Shown piece by piece: positions 26,651 to 36,549 of a stretch of 64,000 nucleotides of DNA. The position numbers were made by a program, and so were the translations under genes. Below the pieces are notes generated by a model, which had not been told where the DNA came from, made no database searches, and saw nothing but the letters and a program-made list of their open reading frames with translations. Source of the stretch: Candidatus Latescibacterota bacterium (lineage in GTDB: Bacteria; Latescibacterota; UBA2968; UBA8231); NCBI GenBank assembly GCA_965261395.1, contig OZ253462.1, positions 640,001 through 704,000 of the forward strand, given 5' to 3'. Each line of letters opens with the position of its first letter. Position 1 is the stretch's first letter.

Positions 26651-28708
26651 TCAGTACGCTATGCCCACGGGGCGGAGCACGGCGGCAGCGCGGCGCTCGG
26701 ATTGCAGGGCCACGGAAATTAGGTACACGCCCGGAGGCAGGGCGCGGCCCTCTGCGTCGCGGCCGTCCCAGCGCGCCGTTTGCGGGCCGGCCGTTTGCAA
26801 GCCTTGGGGCACAGTCGCCACGAGGCGTCCGTCGAGTGTATAGATCACCAGTTCGACGGGCACTTGTTCCGGCAGACCATAGAGGGCATAGGACGCCCAG
26901 AGCTCGTCGTGAACGCCGTCGCCATTGGGCGTCAACACGGGCGTTGAAAAGCGCAAGTTTTGCAGCAGGGCGGGTTGTTGATCCGCAACGCTGAGGACGC
27001 GCAGGCTATTGGTGGAGAGCAATTCGCTGGCGTCGCCAGAGACGATGGGTTGGGGCAAGGTCTCGGCCTCTGAGTCGGTGACTGTGCCCAAGAACGTGGT
27101 GGCTAGTTCAAAAACTTCTGCCGCAAAGACAATGCGCAACGGCGCGTTGTTGGCGCGAGTGACGCGCTCAGGCAGGATCACCGTTAGCCCGTCGTCCTCT
27201 TCGCGAACGACGGCTGGATCGGTCGCTTGGCCGCCGACGAGCAGCGCTTTAAACGCGGGTTGGGCACCCGTGTGGATATGCACTTGGTCGAAGCCGCGCT
27301 GATTCCCCCCTGAGAACGAGGCCGACAGGTCGTACGCAAACTCGACCATTTCGCCCAAGGCCACCTCGCCGAACCCGTGCGCGGGCCGCGGGTCGGCGAG
27401 CGGGGCCACTTCGCCGAGGACGCGCGCCGCCAACAGCGGTGCCCGCTCAACCCACAGCGAGTCCAAGCGCACAAAATCCGCAAAACGGGTGCTGTGCAAG
27501 GTGATTAACACCTGTATAAAGGAGCCGCTGTCGAGGTTGAGCGGCAGACCCGACTGGGTCGTGGGCGTTGACCAGAAGGTCCAGTTATCGCGGTCGTAGG
27601 TGATTCCGGCCCGCATTCCAGGACGGGGACTGCGCTGGACAAAGTCGCAGGCGGCGCACGTGCGGGCAAACCCGGTGCGGAGATCGTTCTCGTAGCGGGC
27701 GCGGGAGACGACCTTCTCCTTGCCAGTGACCGTGTACTCATGATAGATGTTTGGGTCGTCGTCTCGACCCGTGCGAACCTCGACCTCGGCAAAGGCCCGT
27801 GCATCGGGGGCCTCAACGGCCTCGCCATCGACAAAGCGCATCGGCGTGGCGGTAAAGAACAACCGGCCAAAGTTTTGCTCGGTCCCGAGGTCGATGATTT
27901 TGGAGCGGTACGTGGCTCGCTTGGGGAAGCCCTCGCCATAGACCTCGAACTCGCTGATGGTGCCCAAGAGGGAGCGAGCCTGATTGCCTTGGCCGCCGGA
28001 TGAGCCACTAACGCGGTTCCGGGTCAGGGCCGTCTCGTCGATGATGGAGAATTTGCGGGCCCAGCGGAAGAAACGGACGTATTGTTGGTCGAAACCAACC
28101 CGCACATCAGGCGCAAAATTTTGCGCCGGCTCGGCGACGATCCTTGCGAGGGGCAGCGGGCCTTTGATGGCGAAAATCTCGCTGTTTTCCTCTTGGATCG
28201 AGATTTGGAAGGCCGGCGTCGAATCCGTGCGCAGCGGTGTGCCGTCGGAGCGGAAGCCGCCCGAAGGCACGTGGAAGCCGAAGGTGTGCGCTGGCATAGG
28301 CACGGCCAAGTCAATGGTGAAAAACTGCTTGTCAACGCCCTCGGCCTTGGAGGAATTGTACGTGGTGCTGTCGGCATCGATGAGCGCGACGCCGTTTTCG
28401 GTGGGGTCGCCGTTGCCCTCGTTCCACTTCCAGATGCGGGGTCGCTCGCCGTCGATATAGCCCAGCTCTTTGGGCTGGCGGAAGGTCGTCCAGTTGTCGA
28501 GCAGGGAGATGATGTTGACGCTTGGATCGACCCGCACCGGCTGGATGGCACCGGGGACGCGCTCAAAGTCGATCATAATACTGACGGTGTCTTGGCCGGC
28601 CCAGGGCTGGCTGCCGCCGAGCTGCCAAGTCGTCACCTCGGCTTTTAGGGCGGCCGAGGCCAGAAGCCCAATACCAGCGGCCAGCGCGAAGCTGCGGGTA
28701 CTCAGCAT
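26651..28708 (-). CDS. Large secreted protein, paralog of the adjacent gene, with a C-terminal FlgD-Ig/CHU_C-like domain
   Basis: Signal peptide from MLSTRSF; C-terminal LTPNGDGVHD...IYTLDGRLV...WDGRDAEGRALPPGVYL. Confidence 0.75.
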   Translation of the reverse strand: MLSTRSFALAAGIGLLASAALKAEVTTWQLGGSQPWAGQDTVSIMIDFERVPGAIQPVRVDPSVNIISLLDNWTTFRQPKELGYIDGERPRIWKWNEGNGDPTENGVALIDADSTTYNSSKAEGVDKQFFTIDLAVPMPAHTFGFHVPSGGFRSDGTPLRTDSTPAFQISIQEENSEIFAIKGPLPLARIVAEPAQNFAPDVRVGFDQQYVRFFRWARKFSIIDETALTRNRVSGSSGGQGNQARSLLGTISEFEVYGEGFPKRATYRSKIIDLGTEQNFGRLFFTATPMRFVDGEAVEAPDARAFAEVEVRTGRDDDPNIYHEYTVTGKEKVVSRARYENDLRTGFARTCAACDFVQRSPRPGMRAGITYDRDNWTFWSTPTTQSGLPLNLDSGSFIQVLITLHSTRFADFVRLDSLWVERAPLLAARVLGEVAPLADPRPAHGFGEVALGEMVEFAYDLSASFSGGNQRGFDQVHIHTGAQPAFKALLVGGQATDPAVVREEDDGLTVILPERVTRANNAPLRIVFAAEVFELATTFLGTVTDSEAETLPQPIVSGDASELLSTNSLRVLSVADQQPALLQNLRFSTPVLTPNGDGVHDELWASYALYGLPEQVPVELVIYTLDGRLVATVPQGLQTAGPQTARWDGRDAEGRALPPGVYLISVALQSERRAAAVLRPVGIAY

Positions 28709-28718
28709 GTCCTGTCTC

Positions 28719-29459
28719 CTAGCGAAAATGAGCATCGGCCGCGTGGGGAACACCGGGGCCGCGCTGCATCCGCATTAGCTGGCGCTGACGCGGGCTCAAG
28801 CCATCGTACCATTCCGGCGGAAAGCCATCGTGCGGGTCGAGCTGGAAGACCAGCATGTGCTTTCTATAGTGGCCGAAGAGGGCGTGGCGGTTGCGGTCGC
28901 CGGTGTTGGCTCCGCCGCCGTGCCAGCACTGGCCGTTGAAGACGATCACCGAGCCGGCCGGAGCTGTGGGCTGCACCTCGTGCTGGACCGCAAATCCCTC
29001 TGGGGGCGCGGTGAGGCCGCTCTTGTGCGAGCCGGGCACCACGCGGGTGCCGCCGATCGCGGGGCTGAAGTCGTCGAGCATCCACACGGTATTCATCATC
29101 ACCGGCGTGTCCATGTTGAGCATATAGGCAGGGATGTCGCTGTGCAGGTTTTGGAAACCGTCGCCGGGGCGGACGATGCGCGAGTTGAGGCTACCCAAAA
29201 TCAGCGAGGGCTCGAGAAAGTGTTCGAGGATGGGCAAGACGCGGGGGTGGTCGATGCACTGGTGGAAGATGCGATCCATGACCGGGAGGTTGGCCACGTG
29301 GCGGGCCGCGCCGCGGTGGGTGTGTTCGGTGCCGTGCTCTTGTTCGCAGCGGATCAGGGCTTGGCGCATGGCAACGGCAGTGTCGGAGTCGAGGACATTT
29401 TCGAGCAGGGTAAAGCCGTAGATTTCGATTTCTTGGATGGCTTGTTCGCGTTCGTTCAT
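28719..29459 (-). CDS. PhyH family dioxygenase
   Basis: YGFTLLENVL, LHSD, PGSH, WHGGG..R. Confidence 0.92.
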   Translation of the reverse strand: MNEREQAIQEIEIYGFTLLENVLDSDTAVAMRQALIRCEQEHGTEHTHRGAARHVANLPVMDRIFHQCIDHPRVLPILEHFLEPSLILGSLNSRIVRPGDGFQNLHSDIPAYMLNMDTPVMMNTVWMLDDFSPAIGGTRVVPGSHKSGLTAPPEGFAVQHEVQPTAPAGSVIVFNGQCWHGGGANTGDRNRHALFGHYRKHMLVFQLDPHDGFPPEWYDGLSPRQRQLMRMQRGPGVPHAADAHFR

Positions 29460-29554
29460 GGAAATCTCCTTTACAACGGGCTACTAAAATAAGCCCGCAA
29501 AGTTCGCTTCTGCAAACGACCGCTTCTAATCGGCAAGAAGCGAGTATCCAGTGA

Positions 29555-30274
29555 TTACGCTAGATAGAGCGCCTCTACGATCATGCGCAGCGAGAGGAGC
29601 GTGATCACTATCCTGAAGATCTTGCGGAAAAGCTTTTCGGGAACCCGGTCTCGCAAGCGCGTGCCGCACCACGAGCCAAGCGTCGCCGTACCAATCATCC
29701 CGGCGATGAGCGGCAAATAGGGCGCGAAGGCGAAGCCGACAAAGCCGAAGACTAGGATTTTGCACAGGTGGGTGACGGTCATTACCGTGCCGTGGGTAAT
29801 GACCAAGCGGTCCTTGGGCAAACCCGCGCTGGCTAAGAAGGCACCGGTCAGGGGACCGGCGACGCCGACGAAGAGGGAGAGGAAGGTCTGAAGGGCACCG
29901 AAAATGGCAAAATGGCCGGGGAGGCGAAAAGCGCGTTTGGGTACGGGAACCCAGATGACGAGAAGGATGAAGACGCCCAGGTACAGAGGGAGGTTGTCAA
30001 AGCTAAAGCCACCGACCACCTGCGCCCCCACGACAGCGCCGAGGACTGCGCCGCCGGAGAAGGGCCAGAAGATGTGCCATTCGATGTGGCGCAGGCCAAA
30101 GAGTACGCGGCTGGCGTTGGAGGCTAGCTGCACGGCACCGTGGACGGGAATGATGGCCGCGGCGGGCAGCAAGCCCGGCATGACCGAGATCAGCGCAATA
30201 CCGCCGCCCACGCCGATGATGGCGGTAAAGGTCGAGGTCAGGAAGGAGACGCCAAGGAGGAAAAAGGGATCCAT
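29555..30274 (-). CDS. TauE/SafE sulfite exporter family protein
   Basis: GVGGG N-terminal motif, internal repeat (GVAGP), multi-TM. Confidence 0.85.
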   Translation of the reverse strand: MDPFFLLGVSFLTSTFTAIIGVGGGIALISVMPGLLPAAAIIPVHGAVQLASNASRVLFGLRHIEWHIFWPFSGGAVLGAVVGAQVVGGFSFDNLPLYLGVFILLVIWVPVPKRAFRLPGHFAIFGALQTFLSLFVGVAGPLTGAFLASAGLPKDRLVITHGTVMTVTHLCKILVFGFVGFAFAPYLPLIAGMIGTATLGSWCGTRLRDRVPEKLFRKIFRIVITLLSLRMIVEALYLA

Positions 30275-31306
30275 TCAGTCGCAGTCGGCGAGCACTTCTT
30301 GAGCATAGGCGAACAGGGCGGGGTTGCCGCCGGTGTGCAGGAAGATCGCCTCGCCGTCGAGCCTGCCGTCGCGTGCGTGGGCAACAAGGCCAGCGAGGGC
30401 CTTGCTGGTGTACACGGGATCGAGGAGAATGCCCTCTTTGCGCGCCAAGGTGTGTAGGGCATCCAAACCAGCGGGGGTGGGGATGCCATACCCCTGGCCG
30501 ACGAAGGAATCGTCGTTGTCGAAGTCGGCGGCGCTCATGGCACAGTCGAAGCCGAGGCGGCGGGCGGCTTGATTGGCGAGATTGGCCATGTCCGCGTGGC
30601 GGTTTTCGACTTGGGGGATAGGGCAGAATCCGCGCACTTGAATCGGCGACTCGATATAGGCTAGGCCCAGTGCCACGCCGGCCTGGGTGGTGTCGAGGGC
30701 AGAGAGGTAGAGGTAGGACGGATTGATGCCTTGCTCTTGGCATTGGTCGGCAATCTCCACGCCCACTTCGGCATAGGCGATGGCGTCGAGATCGATAGTA
30801 TCTTCGCGGCGCGGCCAGTACACTCTTTTCCCCTGTGCAGAAAGCTCTTCGACTTTGGCTTGGAGAGCGTCTTGTTGGCTGCGATGGTCGCCTTTCGCTA
30901 GGACGGTGATCTGTGCGCCGAGCAGGTGCTGTAGCAGGTTGTTGCCTTGCGATTGGGTTCGGTCGATTGCGCGCACCGGCCGGAGGATCAAGTGGAGCTC
31001 TAGGTCTAGTTTGGCGCAGGCCGCGGCGAGTTGGCGGCAGTAGTTGGACTGCACCGCCGCGCCCGAGACAATGGTGTCGGCCCCTTTGGTCAAGGCGTCG
31101 GCCAAGGCAAACTCGAACATCCGCGTCTTGTTGCCGCCAAAGGCCAAGCCGGTCAGATCGTCGCGCTTGATATAGAGTGCAGGGCTGTCGAGGTGAGCGG
31201 TTAGGCGCGGCAGCGGCTCCAGCGGGGTCGGGCGGATTGAAGCTAGCTGGACGCGAGGTAGCTCGGCGATGGCTGCAGTGAGGGCGTTTGCTTTGGCGGA
31301 GTTCAT
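30275..31306 (-). CDS. PLP-dependent D-cysteine desulfhydrase/ACC deaminase/cysteate sulfo-lyase family protein
   Basis: PTPL, KRDDLTG.AFGGNKTR, QSNY, LDPVYTSKA, FLHTGG. Confidence 0.9.
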   Translation of the reverse strand: MNSAKANALTAAIAELPRVQLASIRPTPLEPLPRLTAHLDSPALYIKRDDLTGLAFGGNKTRMFEFALADALTKGADTIVSGAAVQSNYCRQLAAACAKLDLELHLILRPVRAIDRTQSQGNNLLQHLLGAQITVLAKGDHRSQQDALQAKVEELSAQGKRVYWPRREDTIDLDAIAYAEVGVEIADQCQEQGINPSYLYLSALDTTQAGVALGLAYIESPIQVRGFCPIPQVENRHADMANLANQAARRLGFDCAMSAADFDNDDSFVGQGYGIPTPAGLDALHTLARKEGILLDPVYTSKALAGLVAHARDGRLDGEAIFLHTGGNPALFAYAQEVLADCD

Positions 31307-32418
31307 CTCGCGGATTCCTTTGGCCAACCTTGGGGCGGCAGTTGGGAGAGGCGGTTTTGGCGGTGGCACTCTTCGATGACGGCAATTTGGACGCGCACTT
31401 GTTGCGGCGTGATCGCGGGTTGGGCTGCTTCCTGCAACACGGCGAATACGCCGTCGTAATAGGCGTTGGACATATAGGTAAATGCGCTTTGCTCGTCCTC
31501 GTTCGGGGCCCAGGACCGCTCGATCATTTTTAGCTCTTCGCGGCAATAGCTCGGGCCGGGCAGTGGGCTGCGGATGAGCATTTGCTCGGGTGCCTTTTGC
31601 GGATCGTAATAGCGCCAAGTCAGTCCCGCAGGGCCACCGGAGAGGCCGCCGCGCTCGCCGTGGACGGTGTACATGGGCTGCGAGAAGGGGGTGCAGGAGG
31701 AGATTTCGACGTCGATGACGGGTTTGTCTTTAGTGCGCAGTAGAATTTTGACGTAGTCCTCGGCGTCGCCGCAGGTATTAGCGCGATCCATGGCGCAGAG
31801 TATGTGGTCTGGCATGTTGAAGTCGAGCAGGCGCATGGCTTGGTCCATGGGGTGGGGGCCGGTATTGAGCAGGTTGCCGCCCCGGTATTCCTGCAAGGTC
31901 TGCCAATCCCAGCGGCGGGCAAAGCCGCTGAAAGAGATCGAGACCTGGACGATGCGGCCGAGGACGCCCGACTCAATGACTTGGAGCATCTTTTGGAATT
32001 GGGGCGCGTTGCGCGATTGCTGGAAGGGCAGGAGCAGGCGATCAGCCTTGAGGGTGGCGGCGATCATGTTGTCGATTTCGGCCACGCTCCAAGCGAGGGG
32101 TTTTTCGCAGATGGTGTGGTGGCCACTGCTGAGGGAATCGATAGTCGCTTGAGGATGGAGATGGCTGGGCAAGGCGTTGACGACCAAGTCGATATCGCTG
32201 CGCGCGAGAAGGTCGTGGTAGTCGGCGTAGGCATCGCAGCCCATTTCGCCTTGGGCGCGCTGACGGCGGTCGTCAAGCAGGTCGGCGACGGCAACTATTT
32301 GGTATTTGTGCGGGACGGTCTTGAAGTAGCGGCAGTGGATGTCGAGGCCGGAGCGACCTTGGCCGAGAACGGCGACGCGGATGGGGTCTTTTTGTGTAGG
32401 CAATCTGGGTGGCTCCAT
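31303..32418 (-). CDS. Gfo/Idh/MocA oxidoreductase
   Basis: VLGQGRSG, ICEKP, GGNLLNTGPHPMD; start reassigned to ATG 32418. Confidence 0.9.
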   Translation of the reverse strand: MEPPRLPTQKDPIRVAVLGQGRSGLDIHCRYFKTVPHKYQIVAVADLLDDRRQRAQGEMGCDAYADYHDLLARSDIDLVVNALPSHLHPQATIDSLSSGHHTICEKPLAWSVAEIDNMIAATLKADRLLLPFQQSRNAPQFQKMLQVIESGVLGRIVQVSISFSGFARRWDWQTLQEYRGGNLLNTGPHPMDQAMRLLDFNMPDHILCAMDRANTCGDAEDYVKILLRTKDKPVIDVEISSCTPFSQPMYTVHGERGGLSGGPAGLTWRYYDPQKAPEQMLIRSPLPGPSYCREELKMIERSWAPNEDEQSAFTYMSNAYYDGVFAVLQEAAQPAITPQQVRVQIAVIEECHRQNRLSQLPPQGWPKESAR

Positions 32419-32532
32419 GTAAAGAGGGGCGTTTATGTTGGGGGTTGAGAGGAAGGGTGTCAAGGGTTTGTAAAGGGGAGTTGGGATGCGTAGTTTACCG
32501 TGGTGGTAGATAACGATAACGAGGAGAAAAGC

Positions 32533-33327
32533 ATGCAACGCATCCGACATGTCCGTCTCTATGAGTTGGGCCCAGAAGGCGGTCCGGTCTTTGAGGGATT
32601 GCGGCAAGAGACGCCGTGGTCGGCGTTCGACTATTGGATATTGGCACCGGGGGAAATGCGCTCGGTGCCAGCAGTTATAGGAATAGCTTGTGAACAGGGC
32701 TATGTGTTTACGGGGGGGCCGGTGGCGTTGATCGTGGGTCAGCATCGAATAGAAAGCGGAAAAGGGGCTGGGTTTATCGTCGAACCTACCGGGTGTGCTC
32801 ACGAACTGAAAAACTTGACCAAACGGTCTATACAAGTGTTGCGCGTGCGCGTCGCGATGGACGTGGATGCAGAGACGCAGCAACGCCTAGTCAACCGGTT
32901 TTGGGAAGGGTTAGGCGTCAAACCGAACGCGGCGCAAGGTGTACCCCTCCTCAAGGGAACCTTTGACGAGCAAGCGCTAAAGTGGCGAGACGCAATCCAC
33001 GGAGGCTGTGGGAAGATCGCCACCCGGCATGTGATCCCGCCCAGGAATTTCTACAGTGATTGGACGTTTCTCGACCACGCGATTCTCGATGAGAAGGGGT
33101 CGTTAGGGTATCACCACCACGACGCGTTGGAGGAGAGCTTTGTGGTGCTGAAGGGACAGGGGTCGATGAAGATTGATGGCGAGACCTTTAAGGTGGGGCC
33201 GGGGTCGGTTACTTGGCAGGGCATTGGGCAGAAGCACCGCCTCTGCAATCTCGGGCCGGGAAAGCTGGAGTTTGTACGCATCGCCGTGAGGCAGGCGTAC
33301 ACTACCATTGACGTGCATGATAATTGA
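32533..33327 (+). CDS. Double cupin-domain protein
   Basis: C-terminal GYHHHDALEESFVVLKGQG...GQKHRLCN; the N-terminal cupin is degenerate. Confidence 0.8.
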   Translation: MQRIRHVRLYELGPEGGPVFEGLRQETPWSAFDYWILAPGEMRSVPAVIGIACEQGYVFTGGPVALIVGQHRIESGKGAGFIVEPTGCAHELKNLTKRSIQVLRVRVAMDVDAETQQRLVNRFWEGLGVKPNAAQGVPLLKGTFDEQALKWRDAIHGGCGKIATRHVIPPRNFYSDWTFLDHAILDEKGSLGYHHHDALEESFVVLKGQGSMKIDGETFKVGPGSVTWQGIGQKHRLCNLGPGKLEFVRIAVRQAYTTIDVHDN

Positions 33328-33376
33328 CTTGCACGACGATTTGTCGGCGCGCAGGCCGACTTGAGAAAGGAAGATC

Positions 33377-34348
33377 ATGGACCAAGCCAATACAGTACGG
33401 CGCATGGCCGAGGCCGCCGGCAATTTCCTCGCGTCCTTAGATGCGGCCGGACGGCAGAAAGTAGTGATCGACTTTGCCGACAGCACGGAGCGCGAAAACT
33501 GGCACTACGTGCCTCGCGCGCGCGCCGGATTGCCGCTCAAGGAAATGGACGAGCGACAGCGGGAGCTAGCCCACGCGCTGGTAGCAACCGGAGTCAGCGC
33601 GTCGGGGTACGCAAAAGTCTCGACGATCATTTCGCTGGAGCCGATACTCGCCGAGCTAGAAGGAGCGGGGCGGCGCTTCCCGCGCGATCCCGAGTTGTAT
33701 CACGTAAGCATTTTCGGCGCGCCGGGCGGAGACGCGCCCTGGGGCTGGCGCTTTGAAGGCCACCACGTCTCGCTCAACCACACGATAGTAGAAGGTCGGA
33801 TGCTGGGATCGACGCCGTTGTTTTTTGGCTCAAACCCCGCCGAGGTGCGCCACGGCGAGCAAGCTGGGTTGCGGGCTTTGCGGGAGGAGGAAGATCTGGG
33901 GCGGCAGCTTTTGCACGAGTTGGACGGTGAGCAGAAAGCGATGGCCATCGTCAGTGCCGAAGCCCCAGGGGACATCCTCACGACCAATGTGCCCCACGTG
34001 CGCGGCGAGGTTGCGCCGGAGGGCTTGGGCAGCGCGGACATGAGTACAGCGCAGCGCCAGATCTTGGACGCCTTGCTTGCAGTGTACGTCCGGCGTCTGC
34101 CCGAAGCGGTGGCCGAAGCCGAATGGGCGCGACTCGGAACAGCATATTTACGGGCGGCGCACTTTGCTTGGGCCGGCGCAGAGGAACGAGGGGGACCTCA
34201 TTACTACCGAGTACAGGGGCCGAGTTTCCTAGCCGAGTACGACAACACCCAAAACGACGCCAACCACATCCACGCGGTTTGGCGCGACCTGCGCAACGAT
34301 TTCGGCGAAGATCTGCTTAGGCGACACTATCGGCAGAACCATAGATAG
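33377..34348 (+). CDS. DUF3500 family protein
   Basis: WHYVP..R.GL, WGWRFEGHH.SLN, HYYRVQGP..L.EYDN..N.ANHIH.VWRD. Confidence 0.88.
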   Translation: MDQANTVRRMAEAAGNFLASLDAAGRQKVVIDFADSTERENWHYVPRARAGLPLKEMDERQRELAHALVATGVSASGYAKVSTIISLEPILAELEGAGRRFPRDPELYHVSIFGAPGGDAPWGWRFEGHHVSLNHTIVEGRMLGSTPLFFGSNPAEVRHGEQAGLRALREEEDLGRQLLHELDGEQKAMAIVSAEAPGDILTTNVPHVRGEVAPEGLGSADMSTAQRQILDALLAVYVRRLPEAVAEAEWARLGTAYLRAAHFAWAGAEERGGPHYYRVQGPSFLAEYDNTQNDANHIHAVWRDLRNDFGEDLLRRHYRQNHR

Positions 34349-34363
34349 TTTAGGAATTGCGAA

Positions 34364-36532
34364 TTGAGCAATGGACCAATTCCCAATTCTTTTGGAGAGA
34401 TTTCTTTGACCGTTACGGCCGTCTTCGGTTCACGCGCCGCGTTCTACGAACAATTGCACTGCCGCTACCAGCGCCGCGAGTTCGACAACTGGCAGGTCTG
34501 GGGCGGCAACCTGACCATTGAAATCGACGGTCGGGTTTGCGAGCCGCCCCTCGCTAGGGCCTATATCGAACCCGGCAAAACAACGGCCCGCGCCCGGGTG
34601 CGCTGCGAGCTTTTCGTCGCTGCCGTTGACCCGTACCAAGTCCAGCCAAGGGATGTGGATGCGCGGCTGTGGACCGATGCCAGCGGGACCAACGCGTATG
34701 TGGAGATGCGGCTGCTCGTCGATGAGGAAGGCACTCCCGTCCTCGCCGACAACAATCTTATCTTTGAGTCGGCCGCTTTCGCGCTTGAGCGCACCGGGGC
34801 CTTCAACTACGCGGTGGAGTTTTCCGCCGACAGCTACGCCGAGGCCGGGCGCAAGGAGTGGATCAGCCTCAACGATCTAGCCGAAAACCGCGACGGGATC
34901 ATCGTCGTCAGCCCGCAGTGGGTACGCCAAGGGCCGACGATCGCCGAAGTGTGTGCGCGCAAGGTCGGCGCGCGCATCGAAGGAGGCCGCTTCCGCTCGG
35001 GCCGGCTCGCCGACCTGACGCGGCGCATAGATGCCATTCCGGCCGACGTGATCTACCTGCTGCCTTTCTTCCGCCCGGGTTTTGTGGACCTGCACACCGG
35101 CGAGGATGTGCGCAAGGGTACCCTCGGCAGCGTCTATGCGGTACAGGACTTTTTCCAGGTTGACCCTGAGCTGGTTTCGCCAGCCGAGGAAGTGGATTGG
35201 GGGGCACTGGTGGCGGAGGGGCTCATGCGCTCAGAGGAAATAGAAGGTCTCGCCGGGCTGTTGGCGGTCCAAGCGGAAAAAGTCCTCGGCCGCGACGCCT
35301 TCGTCCAGCTCGTCGGTCGCGCCGAGTTGCGAGCACTGACCAAGAGGGCGCACGCGCTCGGCAAGAAGGTCATCTTCGACTTGGTGCTGATGCAGAGCAG
35401 CCGCGACTGCCCACTAATCGCCGAGCATCCCGAGTGGTATCTGCGCGACGAGCGCGGGGTGCCGCAAATCCATCAGATCGCTTGGCTGGTTTATTCGGAC
35501 GTGGCGCTCTTTGACTTGGTTTACAATCAGCCGTTGCAAGAGTACTTGCTGGAGATCGCCCCGTATTGGATCGAGCAGTGCGGGTTCGACGGGGTGCGGA
35601 TCGACGCCAGCCAGACCATTGACCGGCCCTTCCTCAAAAAGCTCAAGAACCGCATTCAGGCTGCCGCGCCCGAAGCCCTCCTGCTGGGCGAGACGCTATG
35701 TCCGCTAACCGAAGCAGAGGATGTCCCGGCAGATGCGATCTACGCGCTCTTAGTTGACTTTCACCGCGACGTCGAACACGCCCAGCCCCTCATCGATTTC
35801 CTAGAGGAGACGAATCGCACCTTCGCGCCCGGCACCGTGGCCATGGCCTACTTTGAAAATCACGACAGCCCACGCGCCACCCAAGTCTGGCACGAGCAGT
35901 TCCGGGAACTTTTGCGCTGCGACGAGCAGGCGCGAGACTACTGGCAGGGTCTTATCTGTCCCATCCAGTCGGATCCGGGAAACCGGGCACTGCTAATGGC
36001 ATTGCTCAAAAATTTGCAGGCCGCCCTGATCGACTGCTCGGCCGGCTCGGCCTCTGGGTGCAATCTGACGCGGGGCTTAGAGCTGGGCAGCGAGTGGGGC
36101 GAGGAAACGCGCACCGACTTTGAACACGAGACCCTACTGCACTTCGACCAAGCCGAACGCGAGCCACACGCCAGCCTAGCGAGGGCCTACGGGGATCTTC
36201 TCGCGCTGCAAAAGGAGTGGCCGGAATTTTGCGCCGGAGAGGTGTACTTCCACCGCAACGAGTTCGAGGGCGGAGACCCAGACGACTGCATTCTGGCGTA
36301 CGTGCGCTATACTGATCGGAGCGCGCTTTTGGTGGTACATAACTTCGACCCACGCACCGTGCGGCGGGCCTTCTACCGCTTCGATTACCTACCGCAGCCG
36401 CCCACATCGCGCCAAAAGTGCTTCGACGCGTACGAGGCCCTGGCGATTGAGGCTATACCCGTTAGCGACGAGGTCTCGGAGATCAGCCTCATGCCGCTAC
36501 AGACGCAAGTGTGGCGGCTTTACTGGACCTAA
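34364..36532 (+). CDS. GH13 alpha-amylase family protein with N-terminal extension
   Basis: GSVYAV.D, DGVRIDA (nucleophile), LLGET (acid/base), ENHD. Confidence 0.8.
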   Translation: MSNGPIPNSFGEISLTVTAVFGSRAAFYEQLHCRYQRREFDNWQVWGGNLTIEIDGRVCEPPLARAYIEPGKTTARARVRCELFVAAVDPYQVQPRDVDARLWTDASGTNAYVEMRLLVDEEGTPVLADNNLIFESAAFALERTGAFNYAVEFSADSYAEAGRKEWISLNDLAENRDGIIVVSPQWVRQGPTIAEVCARKVGARIEGGRFRSGRLADLTRRIDAIPADVIYLLPFFRPGFVDLHTGEDVRKGTLGSVYAVQDFFQVDPELVSPAEEVDWGALVAEGLMRSEEIEGLAGLLAVQAEKVLGRDAFVQLVGRAELRALTKRAHALGKKVIFDLVLMQSSRDCPLIAEHPEWYLRDERGVPQIHQIAWLVYSDVALFDLVYNQPLQEYLLEIAPYWIEQCGFDGVRIDASQTIDRPFLKKLKNRIQAAAPEALLLGETLCPLTEAEDVPADAIYALLVDFHRDVEHAQPLIDFLEETNRTFAPGTVAMAYFENHDSPRATQVWHEQFRELLRCDEQARDYWQGLICPIQSDPGNRALLMALLKNLQAALIDCSAGSASGCNLTRGLELGSEWGEETRTDFEHETLLHFDQAEREPHASLARAYGDLLALQKEWPEFCAGEVYFHRNEFEGGDPDDCILAYVRYTDRSALLVVHNFDPRTVRRAFYRFDYLPQPPTSRQKCFDAYEALAIEAIPVSDEVSEISLMPLQTQVWRLYWT

Positions 36533-36549
36533 ACGAAAGGAACACGAGC

